From: a bacterium
Lineage (GTDB): Bacteria; Fidelibacterota; Marinisomatia; Marinisomatales; JAHJCW01
Length of the DNA: 64,000 nucleotides
Reading direction: 5' to 3'
Assembly: GCA_028282845.1 (NCBI GenBank)
Contig: JANQGY010000005.1
Location: 193,010-257,009, forward strand
The notes beneath the pieces were generated by a model. That model was not told the DNA's origin and made no database searches. It was given only the letters and a program-made list of their open reading frames with translations. Numbering within the stretch: the stretch's first letter is position 1; the number at the start of each line of letters is the position of its first letter. The translations under genes and the position numbers were made by a program. Shown here in pieces: positions 37,807 to 45,119 of the stretch.

Positions 37807-38250
37807 CTATATTTTTGATTCTCTGATTATATCTTCCATAATTATTTTTGATTCGTCAATTATTTCATTTTTATATTTTTTTATTTGTTCTGTAGAACCA
37901 CTCATTTTATATGCTATATACTCTAGATTTAAACTTGAAAGTAAATATTCTAAGTGCTGCAATTTTGAATTTAATTCCCTAGAAAAAATAAAGTGTCGAT
38001 GTAAAATGCTCTCAGTGAATTCAAGTAAATTTTGTTTTTCATGTGAACTATCATGTATCATTTCCCAACGTATTTTGTTTATTTCCTTAAACACAATATA
38101 TTTATTTCTAAAAAGTTCAGTTGTTAGCCTTGTTTTTTCAATCTTATACTGTCTCCATGCAATATATCCGGTAATTAAGCCAATAATGAATATTGGTATC
38201 GCTTTTATTAATTCAATCGACAGTATTTGACAAAATGTCATTTCCTCCAT
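37807..38250 (-). CDS. hypothetical membrane-anchored protein
   Basis: 147 aa with one N-terminal TM helix and a helical Lys/Glu-rich remainder. Lies 15 nt downstream of fetB on the same strand. Very AT-rich. Confidence 0.3.
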   Translation of the reverse strand: MEEMTFCQILSIELIKAIPIFIIGLITGYIAWRQYKIEKTRLTTELFRNKYIVFKEINKIRWEMIHDSSHEKQNLLEFTESILHRHFIFSRELNSKLQHLEYLLSSLNLEYIAYKMSGSTEQIKKYKNEIIDESKIIMEDIIRESKI

Positions 38251-38265
38251 TTTTATTTTCCTATT

Positions 38266-39069
38266 TTATAAATTTTTCCTCAACAACTCCCGCTTCAATT
38301 GTTTCTGATGGGTAAAGAACTGCCGGTAAACCAAATTCAAAACTAAAATATCCACCATTGTGACAGTTGAAACCCACATGTACATAATCATGATCTGATA
38401 GCGGATGGCAATTAGTGGATCTATTCCGGACAGGATCTGTCCGGTCATTATCCCCGGCAACTGAACCAGTCCTACCATCATCATTCCGTTAATATTGGGG
38501 ATCAGCGCCGCCTGAACGGATTCTTTGAATGATTCATATACTGCCGACCTCACCGGTGCTCCAAGCGAGAGATACATCTCGATCTCGTTCTCACGGTGCT
38601 TGACTTCGCTAACAAAACGATTAACGGTTAAGGTTGCCGAGTTTAGCGCATTACCGATGATCATGCCAGCGATCGGGATCATGGCATACGGATAATACCA
38701 CGGTTCTACCGATAATATAAATTTTAAGATAATACCTAAAACAATGAATACGGTCAAAAAGAAAGAACCGGTCAATATCCAGAATAAATGAGGAATTTTA
38801 TATTTCTTTAAACGGTGATAGCCTTCATAACTGGCAATGATAATCATCAACGAGACCAGCCCCACCATAAAACTCCAATGTTGTTGTCCGAAGAAATAGG
38901 TCAGTACATAACCCATTATTGCAAGCTGAATAAAAGTTCGTAGAGTTCCGACAATCAGATCTTTTTCCAAACCGATCTTCCACCATCTGATCAGCACCAC
39001 TGCGATCACCACAAAGATTGCTGACACTAAAACATCGGTCCAGGTTATGGCATAAAAGGATTGCGTCAT
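38266..39069 (-). CDS. fetB: ABC transporter permease, FetB/YbbM (UPF0014) family
   Basis: 267-aa polytopic protein. Motif GTLRTFIQLAIMGYVL. 4-nt overlap with the upstream ATPase gene. Confidence 0.7.
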   Translation of the reverse strand: MTQSFYAITWTDVLVSAIFVVIAVVLIRWWKIGLEKDLIVGTLRTFIQLAIMGYVLTYFFGQQHWSFMVGLVSLMIIIASYEGYHRLKKYKIPHLFWILTGSFFLTVFIVLGIILKFILSVEPWYYPYAMIPIAGMIIGNALNSATLTVNRFVSEVKHRENEIEMYLSLGAPVRSAVYESFKESVQAALIPNINGMMMVGLVQLPGIMTGQILSGIDPLIAIRYQIMIMYMWVSTVTMVDILVLNLVYRQFFTHQKQLKRELLRKNL

Positions 39070-39782
39070 TCCGTTTCCTCCCTAATGAAGGCTTGCGCTG
39101 CAACACTTTTTGGTTCTCTGATTATTGAGCGGTTTCCACTTTCTACAATTTTGCCCCCCACCATAAAGAGCACCTGTTTGGCATATTTTTCGACTTCGGC
39201 ATGGTGGTGGGTTACTAATACAACGGTCAGTTTGAGCTCTTCTGCCAGTTTGCAAATCAGGTCTAAAATTTTGACTGCCAATTGCGGATCAAGATTGGAG
39301 GTTGGCTCGTCGAGTAACAATACGTCAGGCTTGTTTAATAATACGCGCGCCAGGGCGATGCGCTGCTGCTCGCCGCCCGAAAGTAATTTAGCATCTTTGT
39401 TTAAAAAAGTGCTGTTCAGTTCCACTTGATCCAATATATTAGTCAGATCAGTATCTGTTAAGCCCTCCGTTTGTTTATCCCATTTTTTTGTTAAGGTAAG
39501 ATTATCCTTTACTGTCCCATTGATCATCACCGGCGACTGAAAGACCATCCCCACTTTCTTTCGTAATTGTTTGTGATCCACATTTAGAATATTTTCACCA
39601 TGGAATTTTAGATCACCACTTGTAGGCGAGTTCAATCCGTTTAATAATCGTAGTAAGGTGGACTTTCCCGAGCCGGACGGTCCGAGCAATACAGTAAAAT
39701 CATTTGGATGGATTTCCAAAGAAATATCTTGCAGGATATTCAATCCTTCGACTGAAAAATTTACGTTACTTAATTTGAACAT
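39066..39782 (-). CDS. fetA: ABC transporter ATP-binding protein, FetA/YbbL-like
   Basis: Walker A GPSGSGKST, signature LSGGEQQR, Walker B LLLDEPTSNLD. Confidence 0.8.
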   Translation of the reverse strand: MFKLSNVNFSVEGLNILQDISLEIHPNDFTVLLGPSGSGKSTLLRLLNGLNSPTSGDLKFHGENILNVDHKQLRKKVGMVFQSPVMINGTVKDNLTLTKKWDKQTEGLTDTDLTNILDQVELNSTFLNKDAKLLSGGEQQRIALARVLLNKPDVLLLDEPTSNLDPQLAVKILDLICKLAEELKLTVVLVTHHHAEVEKYAKQVLFMVGGKIVESGNRSIIREPKSVAAQAFIREETE

Positions 39783-39867
39783 ATTTATATAGCCACTAAT
39801 GCACTAATATTTTTAAAAAAAATAAATTATAAAGATTCATACCAATTTAAAGAAAAATGTTTTTGTA

Positions 39868-39912
39868 ATTCCCGCGCATGCGGGAATCCATATCAGTTAT
39901 AGATTCCGGAAT
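39868..39912. repeat. REP-like palindromes ATTCCCGC-GCAT-GCGGGAAT and ATTCCGGAAT
   Basis: An 8-bp stem hairpin (39868-39887) and a perfect 10-nt palindrome (39903-39912) between lgt and fetA. They resemble widespread GGAAT-containing intergenic repeat hairpins. Confidence 0.5.
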
Positions 39913-39935
39913 GACAGATTTTTTGTTTTCAAGTG

Positions 39936-40787
39936 TCATTCGTGCATCTGTGGCTTACTTCTAAATCCAAAATACCAAATTATTACAGCACCAATCATCA
40001 TAGCGATGCACAGCATTTGTCCCATAGATAAACTCAAGAACACAAATCCCAAGTGTTCATCAGGTTCGCGGAAAAATTCTATGAAAAAGCGGAAGAAGCC
40101 ATATCCGAAAACATATAGTCCGGATATAAATCCAGGAAATGGTTTGAATCGTCTCAACGGCCAAAGGATAGCAAATAACACAATTCCTTCAAAGAAGGCT
40201 TCATATAACTGTGAGGGATGCCGCAATAAACCATCGCGGGCGGCGGGGAAAACCATGCCGATATTGGCATCGGTAACGCGACCATAAAGTTCACCATTAA
40301 TAAAATTACCGAGTCTCCCAAAGGTGAAAGCTAAGGGAACGCCGGGTACAATGAAATCGGTTAGATCAAACAGTTTGATTTTTTCTTTCCGGCAAAATAG
40401 CACCCAGGCAATTACCACTCCAAGCGCGCCGCCATGATAGGACATGCCGGATATTCCGGTAAAATGCCAGGAACCGTTGTACTTGGCAAACGGCAGAATG
40501 ATGCCAATCGGATTGGAAAGAAACCATTCAAAATTGTAAAATAGAACGTATCCGATCCGCGCTCCGATCAATAAACCTAATACCGCCCAAGTTATGGCAT
40601 TGCTTAAAAACTCGGTTGTGTAGTTTAATTTTTCACTCTTTATTCTTTGCTTGGCTAATAGATATGCAATTGAAAAAGCGACTATATACATCATTCCATA
40701 CCAACGTATCGGAAAGTTTCCGATAGAGAAAATGGTTGGGTTCATTTGGCTGGGAAGATGCTGCCACCATTGTATAAAGTTTTCCAT
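39936..40787 (-). CDS. lgt: prolipoprotein diacylglyceryl transferase
   Basis: Motifs IRWYGMMY, HGGALG and FGRLGNFINGELYGR. Confidence 0.9.
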   Translation of the reverse strand: MENFIQWWQHLPSQMNPTIFSIGNFPIRWYGMMYIVAFSIAYLLAKQRIKSEKLNYTTEFLSNAITWAVLGLLIGARIGYVLFYNFEWFLSNPIGIILPFAKYNGSWHFTGISGMSYHGGALGVVIAWVLFCRKEKIKLFDLTDFIVPGVPLAFTFGRLGNFINGELYGRVTDANIGMVFPAARDGLLRHPSQLYEAFFEGIVLFAILWPLRRFKPFPGFISGLYVFGYGFFRFFIEFFREPDEHLGFVFLSLSMGQMLCIAMMIGAVIIWYFGFRSKPQMHE

Positions 40788-40875
40788 GTGTTTTATCTCG
40801 ATTTATCCGAATTTTATGCGCTAAGTTTAAGACTTGAAAGGATAATAGTGTTAAATAGTTTATTGATAGAGGCCT

Positions 40876-41379
40876 ATGAATATTGAAAATCTCAGCAAAG
40901 AACAATTAATTGGAATGTTGAACGATTTTGCCAAGAATTGGTTAGCCCATGACGGTTTGTGGTTCCAAGCCGTGGAGCAAGATTTTGGAATGGAAGCCGC
41001 AATAAAATGCGATACCGACGCATGGCGCAAGTTCACGGTAATTGAAGCTAGACGTATAATGAAACGCCACAACATTCCGGAAAATAGCGGATTGGAGGGG
41101 CTTAAGAAAGCTCTAGGTTTCCGGCTGTATAGCCGTTTAAATATTCAGAGCTTTGCTCATGAAACCGAAAATTCATTCGAGTTCCAAATGAACGATTGTC
41201 GAGTACAATCTGCTCGAAATCGGAAAGGATTACCGGATTTCCCATGCAAATCGGTTGGTCTTGTGGAGTATACAGAATTTGCAAAAACAATTGATCCACG
41301 TATCAAAACCACCTGTACTGCCTGTCCGCCGGACGACCATCCTGACGATTTTTATTGTGCATGGAAATTTTATATATAG
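40876..41379 (+). CDS. conserved hypothetical protein (DUF6125-like by recollection)
   Basis: 167 aa. Motifs NWLAHDGLWFQAVEQ and CRVQSARNRKGLPDFPCKSVG...CTACPPDDHP. The assignment is from memory only. Confidence 0.4.
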   Translation: MNIENLSKEQLIGMLNDFAKNWLAHDGLWFQAVEQDFGMEAAIKCDTDAWRKFTVIEARRIMKRHNIPENSGLEGLKKALGFRLYSRLNIQSFAHETENSFEFQMNDCRVQSARNRKGLPDFPCKSVGLVEYTEFAKTIDPRIKTTCTACPPDDHPDDFYCAWKFYI

Positions 41380-41402
41380 ATTATTTAATTTTGATAGTTT
41401 AA

Positions 41403-41489
41403 GGAGCGATTAGCTCAGTTGGTCAGAACATTGTTTTCACACGGTAAAAGTCGGCAGTTTCCCAACCGGCCGGGGCCACCGTCCACCGT
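41403..41489 (+). pseudogene. tRNA-Val-like pseudogene (5' two-thirds only) with a non-tRNA tail
   Basis: GGAGCGATTAGCTCAGTTGGTCAGAACATTGTTTTCACACGG matches tRNA-Val(CAC) at 44982 nearly base for base through the anticodon loop. No complementary 3' acceptor strand follows. Confidence 0.6.
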
Positions 41490-41658
41490 TTAAAAACCTC
41501 GGTTGTCGGTGAGATTTTATAAATTTTGAAAACAGTAATAGTTTCAAAAAGCACAAATTATTATTGGGATATAAATAGTCGGAACTATTCAGTGTTTTAC
41601 ATTTACAAAAAAGTATTGGTAATAAGTTCAAAAATGTTGGAAGTTTAAGGTTAAAACT

Positions 41659-41970
41659 ATGTTAAAAACTCTAATTACATATGGATTGTCGATCCTCGTG
41701 TTTACGGGAGGTTTTCATGTACATGGGCATAGCAATGCTCATGCAGCTGACTATGAAATATGTAAGCTTGGCAGTGAAGATGAGAATCTTTATAAATCAC
41801 ACCACCAGTGTGAAAAGTGCCTAGCTAGCAGTATCAGTCAAGCTAATCTAAATCACAGGGAGCTGACGAGTGATCAATATGTAATATCATACTTTGGTTC
41901 GGGCAAAAGTGTTAAGACATCTTTTATCAATTATTGCTTGTACGGCCGTCCTCCTCCAAATCTCGTTTAA
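41659..41970 (+). CDS. small membrane-anchored/secreted His- and Cys-containing protein ending in RPPP
   Basis: 103 aa. N-terminal hydrophobic helix, HVHGHSNAHA, CxxC (HHQCEKC), C-terminus YCLYGRPPPNLV. First gene of a TBDR operon. Confidence 0.35.
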   Translation: MLKTLITYGLSILVFTGGFHVHGHSNAHAADYEICKLGSEDENLYKSHHQCEKCLASSISQANLNHRELTSDQYVISYFGSGKSVKTSFINYCLYGRPPPNLV

Positions 41971-42044
41971 TTAATACTCATTTATAGCACACTACCGTGG
42001 AGGTAGTGCAAAATTATTAAAACACTTTTTAAAGGAGCATTTTT

Positions 42045-42557
42045 ATGCAAACGCTTTTTTTACGTGCTATAAAAGCACAACTAGTACTATTGCTAACCGG
42101 TATGGTTTTCTTCACAGTGGGCTGTGAGGATGAACATGATCATGACCATGATGATCATATCGATGCAGATGGTTTTATCCTTGAGGATGAAGCAGGCACA
42201 GAAATCTATAGGGAATTTGAAGGTGCTACGGAAGGCAACATTACCCTTAACGCTGGTGAGGAACTTGAACTTTCAGTCCATTTTCTTGACCATGAAGGTG
42301 AAGAAATTGAACATGATGAAGACGAGCATGAGGAAGGGGAACATGAGCTACGAGTCTCAGGATTTAATGCCGGTATTGCAACGGTTGAAGTTGAAGAGCA
42401 TGACCATGGTCATGCCAAAGTCCATGATGATGATCATGGAATGGCAATTCATGTTACCGGTGTAAGCGCCGGAACAACCAGTTTTAAACTGGAGTTGATG
42501 CATGGCGACCATGCCGATTACACATCAACAAACAATGTGCCGATAGTTGTTAACTAA
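42045..42557 (+). CDS. His/Asp/Glu-rich lipoprotein, putative metal-binding
   Basis: Lipobox FTVGC followed at once by EDEHDHDHDDHID. Further clusters HDEDEHEEGEHE, EEHDHGHAKVHDDDHG and HGDHADY lie on an Ig-like scaffold. Confidence 0.5.
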   Translation: MQTLFLRAIKAQLVLLLTGMVFFTVGCEDEHDHDHDDHIDADGFILEDEAGTEIYREFEGATEGNITLNAGEELELSVHFLDHEGEEIEHDEDEHEEGEHELRVSGFNAGIATVEVEEHDHGHAKVHDDDHGMAIHVTGVSAGTTSFKLELMHGDHADYTSTNNVPIVVN

Positions 42558-44763
42558 TAAACGTATTACCATATTATGCTTCCTGGGATTGTTATGGTCT
42601 CAGGAAGCATCAATTACAGGCATTATCATAAATGATAGTGACCAAACACCTATTCATGGGGCTGATATTTATGTAGAAAAACTCGGGATAGGCACATCAT
42701 CCCTTGTCAATGGTCGGTTTATTTTGGATAAGTTACCCTATGGTGATGTCTCTTTAACGATCTCTATGATTGGATTCAAAGACTTAAGTATGTCATTTAA
42801 ATTACAAAACGATTTTTATGATATAGGTAAGGTATTTATGTCTATGGATACCATCCAAGCGGATGAAATAATCGTAGATGCACATCGTATACTTCAGACA
42901 AAAGATTTTGTATCTAATGTTAATATTTATGGTAAAGAATATCAAAAAAGTCTCAAAGCATCTTTGGCTTTAACCTTAGAAGAAAAGACGGGTTTAGCTA
43001 TTCGATCTATGGGACAGGGAGTAACTCAGCCGGTATTAAGAGGTTATACCGGTGACAGATTCTTGCTCACTGAAGACGGCATTACGGCTGGAGACCTTTC
43101 CAATACATCTATAGACCATACGGTGAGTATGGATATGGCTTCCTACAATAAAGTGGAGATCATTCGCGGGCCGGAGGCTTTGCTTTATGGTTCGAATACG
43201 ATTGGAGGCGTAATAGATGTGTCGAGACAATCTAATCCGGATGCACAATTCAATAAAACAAGTTTATGGGGTCTTATTGGCGCAGAGTCATCCAATTCGA
43301 GTTTGTTCGGGAATTTTGTAGCTTATATTCCAATAAAAAACCGGCATCAATTGAAATTCTCACTATTGGGCCGCGAGGCCGGAAATCAAATCTCTCCAAT
43401 TGGAGAGTTAGCAAATACTTCCTTATCTAATCAGGAAATAACCGGTAGCTACTCATATTTTGGTAAAGATTATCGCGCAACTTTTTCATACGAACAGATT
43501 GATATGATGTACGGCATCCCGGGAAGTCCGGAGGGGCATATTAGTGGAGTAGATATTGATCTGGACAAAAGAACTCAAAAATTCAATCTCCATAAGGACA
43601 TTGAGTTTTTAGGATTTCAGGCATTAGATATTGATCAGCGATTCATAGATTATGGACATACCGAATCAGAAAAAGGAAGTTCAAATCCATCAGTAATTTT
43701 GGATCAACAGATCTTCTCGTTGCAAAGTACGCTCAGTGGACCGCGAATAAAGGTTGGATCATTATTCCAATATCGAAATTTTTTAACAGGCGGATTCTAC
43801 TGGACGCCCGATACAGAAGAATTAAACATAGCTGTATTTGGATTGTTTGAAAAAGAAATAAATAATTTCATTGTACAAATCTCATCGCGGGCTGAATATC
43901 TTACCGTTATTCCGGATACAATAAATCTATGGACATCAAATTTAGAAAAAAGCCAGTTTAAAAATCGCAATTTCCCGATTATATCAGCGGGAATAGGTAT
44001 TTTTCGGAACTGGAAAAATTGGGAGCTCTCATTTGGAACCATGCTCACTGGTAGGACTCCGGGTATTGAGGATTTATATTCAGACGGCCCACATCTTGGT
44101 ACCTACTCTTATGAAATAGGACAACCTACATTAGATTTGGAGAAGACAATTGGTATGGAGGCATCCTTGGCGTATCGTACCGATAAAAGTCAAATAAGAC
44201 TGACCGGCTATCACAATTATAGCCCAAACTATCATATTAGTGCCAAATTGGGAGACGGATATGAACCGGGTGCTGACTGGATCGAATGGGGCAGCGGATC
44301 GAGCGGCTGGCTTTATATTTACCAAATGCAGGGCATAAGATCGAGTATTTATGGTATCGAATCAGAGTTCGATTATAATGTAACACCATCAATCAAATTT
44401 TTCGGAAGTGTGTCCGCAATTAGAGGGGAAAATTTAACAGAAAACACTCCACTTGCCTACATGCCTCCGGATAAAATTCTATTTTCTACTGAATATGATT
44501 TGAATCCTGTTTCCACTTCAATTACATTTAAGAAAGTGTTTCCACAAACAAGATTAGGTGAATTTGAGACCAAAACGGATGGATATTTCCTTGTTAATCT
44601 AAATGGGACTTATACAATTAATTCATCAAAAGTTTTGCATAAAATTATTTTTCGGGTAGATAATATTTTTGATCAGGAATATTATAATCATCTCTCACGA
44701 ATAAAGATGATTATGCCGGAAAAGGGAAGAAGCTTTGGTATCCAATATCGCGTGGTGTTTTAA
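42547..44763 (+). CDS. TonB-dependent receptor with CarboxypepD_reg N-terminus
   Basis: 738 aa. Plug motifs (VLRGYTGDRFLLTEDG, IEIIRGPEALLYGSNTIGGVI) and a terminal aromatic residue (YRVVF). Overlaps the lipoprotein gene by 11 nt. Confidence 0.8.
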   Translation: MLTNKRITILCFLGLLWSQEASITGIIINDSDQTPIHGADIYVEKLGIGTSSLVNGRFILDKLPYGDVSLTISMIGFKDLSMSFKLQNDFYDIGKVFMSMDTIQADEIIVDAHRILQTKDFVSNVNIYGKEYQKSLKASLALTLEEKTGLAIRSMGQGVTQPVLRGYTGDRFLLTEDGITAGDLSNTSIDHTVSMDMASYNKVEIIRGPEALLYGSNTIGGVIDVSRQSNPDAQFNKTSLWGLIGAESSNSSLFGNFVAYIPIKNRHQLKFSLLGREAGNQISPIGELANTSLSNQEITGSYSYFGKDYRATFSYEQIDMMYGIPGSPEGHISGVDIDLDKRTQKFNLHKDIEFLGFQALDIDQRFIDYGHTESEKGSSNPSVILDQQIFSLQSTLSGPRIKVGSLFQYRNFLTGGFYWTPDTEELNIAVFGLFEKEINNFIVQISSRAEYLTVIPDTINLWTSNLEKSQFKNRNFPIISAGIGIFRNWKNWELSFGTMLTGRTPGIEDLYSDGPHLGTYSYEIGQPTLDLEKTIGMEASLAYRTDKSQIRLTGYHNYSPNYHISAKLGDGYEPGADWIEWGSGSSGWLYIYQMQGIRSSIYGIESEFDYNVTPSIKFFGSVSAIRGENLTENTPLAYMPPDKILFSTEYDLNPVSTSITFKKVFPQTRLGEFETKTDGYFLVNLNGTYTINSSKVLHKIIFRVDNIFDQEYYNHLSRIKMIMPEKGRSFGIQYRVVF

Positions 44764-44778
44764 TAATTTATATATCTT

Positions 44779-44808
44779 GGAAACCGCTTCTAAGATGGGC
44801 GGATTTTC
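44779..44808 (+). terminator. probable intrinsic terminator after the TBDR operon
   Basis: GGAAACCGC-N11-GCGGATTTTC: a stem with one bulge, followed by a T-run. Confidence 0.45.
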
Positions 44809-44887
44809 TATATTCTATATAACATAATTCAATAAGCTAATTAGGTGGGATATTTGTAATTTGTTTTTTGGAATTTGATATAAATTA

Positions 44888-44974
44888 GGGCGATTAGCTT
44901 CCCGATAAATCGGGACAGGCCCGCCTGCTCACGCGGTTGCGGAATACGGCGGACAGGCAACTTCACTAATCGCC
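44888..44974 (+). other. tRNA-Val-derived structured element: 9-bp closing stem, GC-rich core, 7 nt upstream of the real tRNA-Val
   Basis: The 5' 12 nt, GGGCGATTAGCT, are identical to the tRNA 5' end. GGCGATTAG (44889-97) pairs perfectly with CTAATCGCC (44966-74). An internal hairpin TCCCGA-TAAA-TCGGGA is present, and a direct repeat GGACAGGC (44913-20, 44951-58) flanks a GC-rich 30-mer. Confidence 0.5.
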
Positions 44975-44981
44975 AAAAAAC

Positions 44982-45055
44982 GGGCGATTAGCTCAGTTGG
45001 TCAGAGCGCTGTCTTCACACGGCAGAGGCCATCAGTTCAAGTCTGATATCGCCCA
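44982..45055 (+). tRNA. tRNA-Val (anticodon CAC)
   Basis: Cloverleaf by hand: acceptor GGGCGAT/ATCGCCC, D arm GCTC-AGTTGGTCA-GAGC, anticodon arm CTGTC-TTCACAC-GGCAG, T arm ATCAG-TTCAAGT-CTGAT, discriminator A. CCA is not encoded. Confidence 0.9.
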
Positions 45056-45119
45056 CATTAAAATTCCTCGTCGGATTTTGATATGAGATCAGAATTGATG
45101 AGAGAAATCCCGCCTGAGA

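Noticed and set aside
41403-41489. Possible second functional tRNA-Val gene
   Set aside because: The D stem has a mismatch (GCTC/GAAC) and the anticodon stem is weak (TTGTT/GGTAA). The T-arm region has an 11-nt loop, and no sequence complementary to the 5' acceptor strand follows. Called a pseudogene or remnant instead.
41437-41631. 64-aa minus-strand ORF
   Set aside because: It runs antisense through the tRNA-like remnant and AT-rich spacer. Its composition is low-complexity, and it has no motif or coupling to neighbours. Judged spurious.
42124-42465. 113-aa Met-rich ORF (MRMNMIMTMMIISMQ...) overlapping the His-rich lipoprotein gene in another frame
   Set aside because: It is the frame-shifted reading of GAT/CAT/GAA-rich codons of the His/Asp/Glu clusters. 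The lipoprotein frame has a signal peptide and lipobox and is coupled to the TBDR gene.
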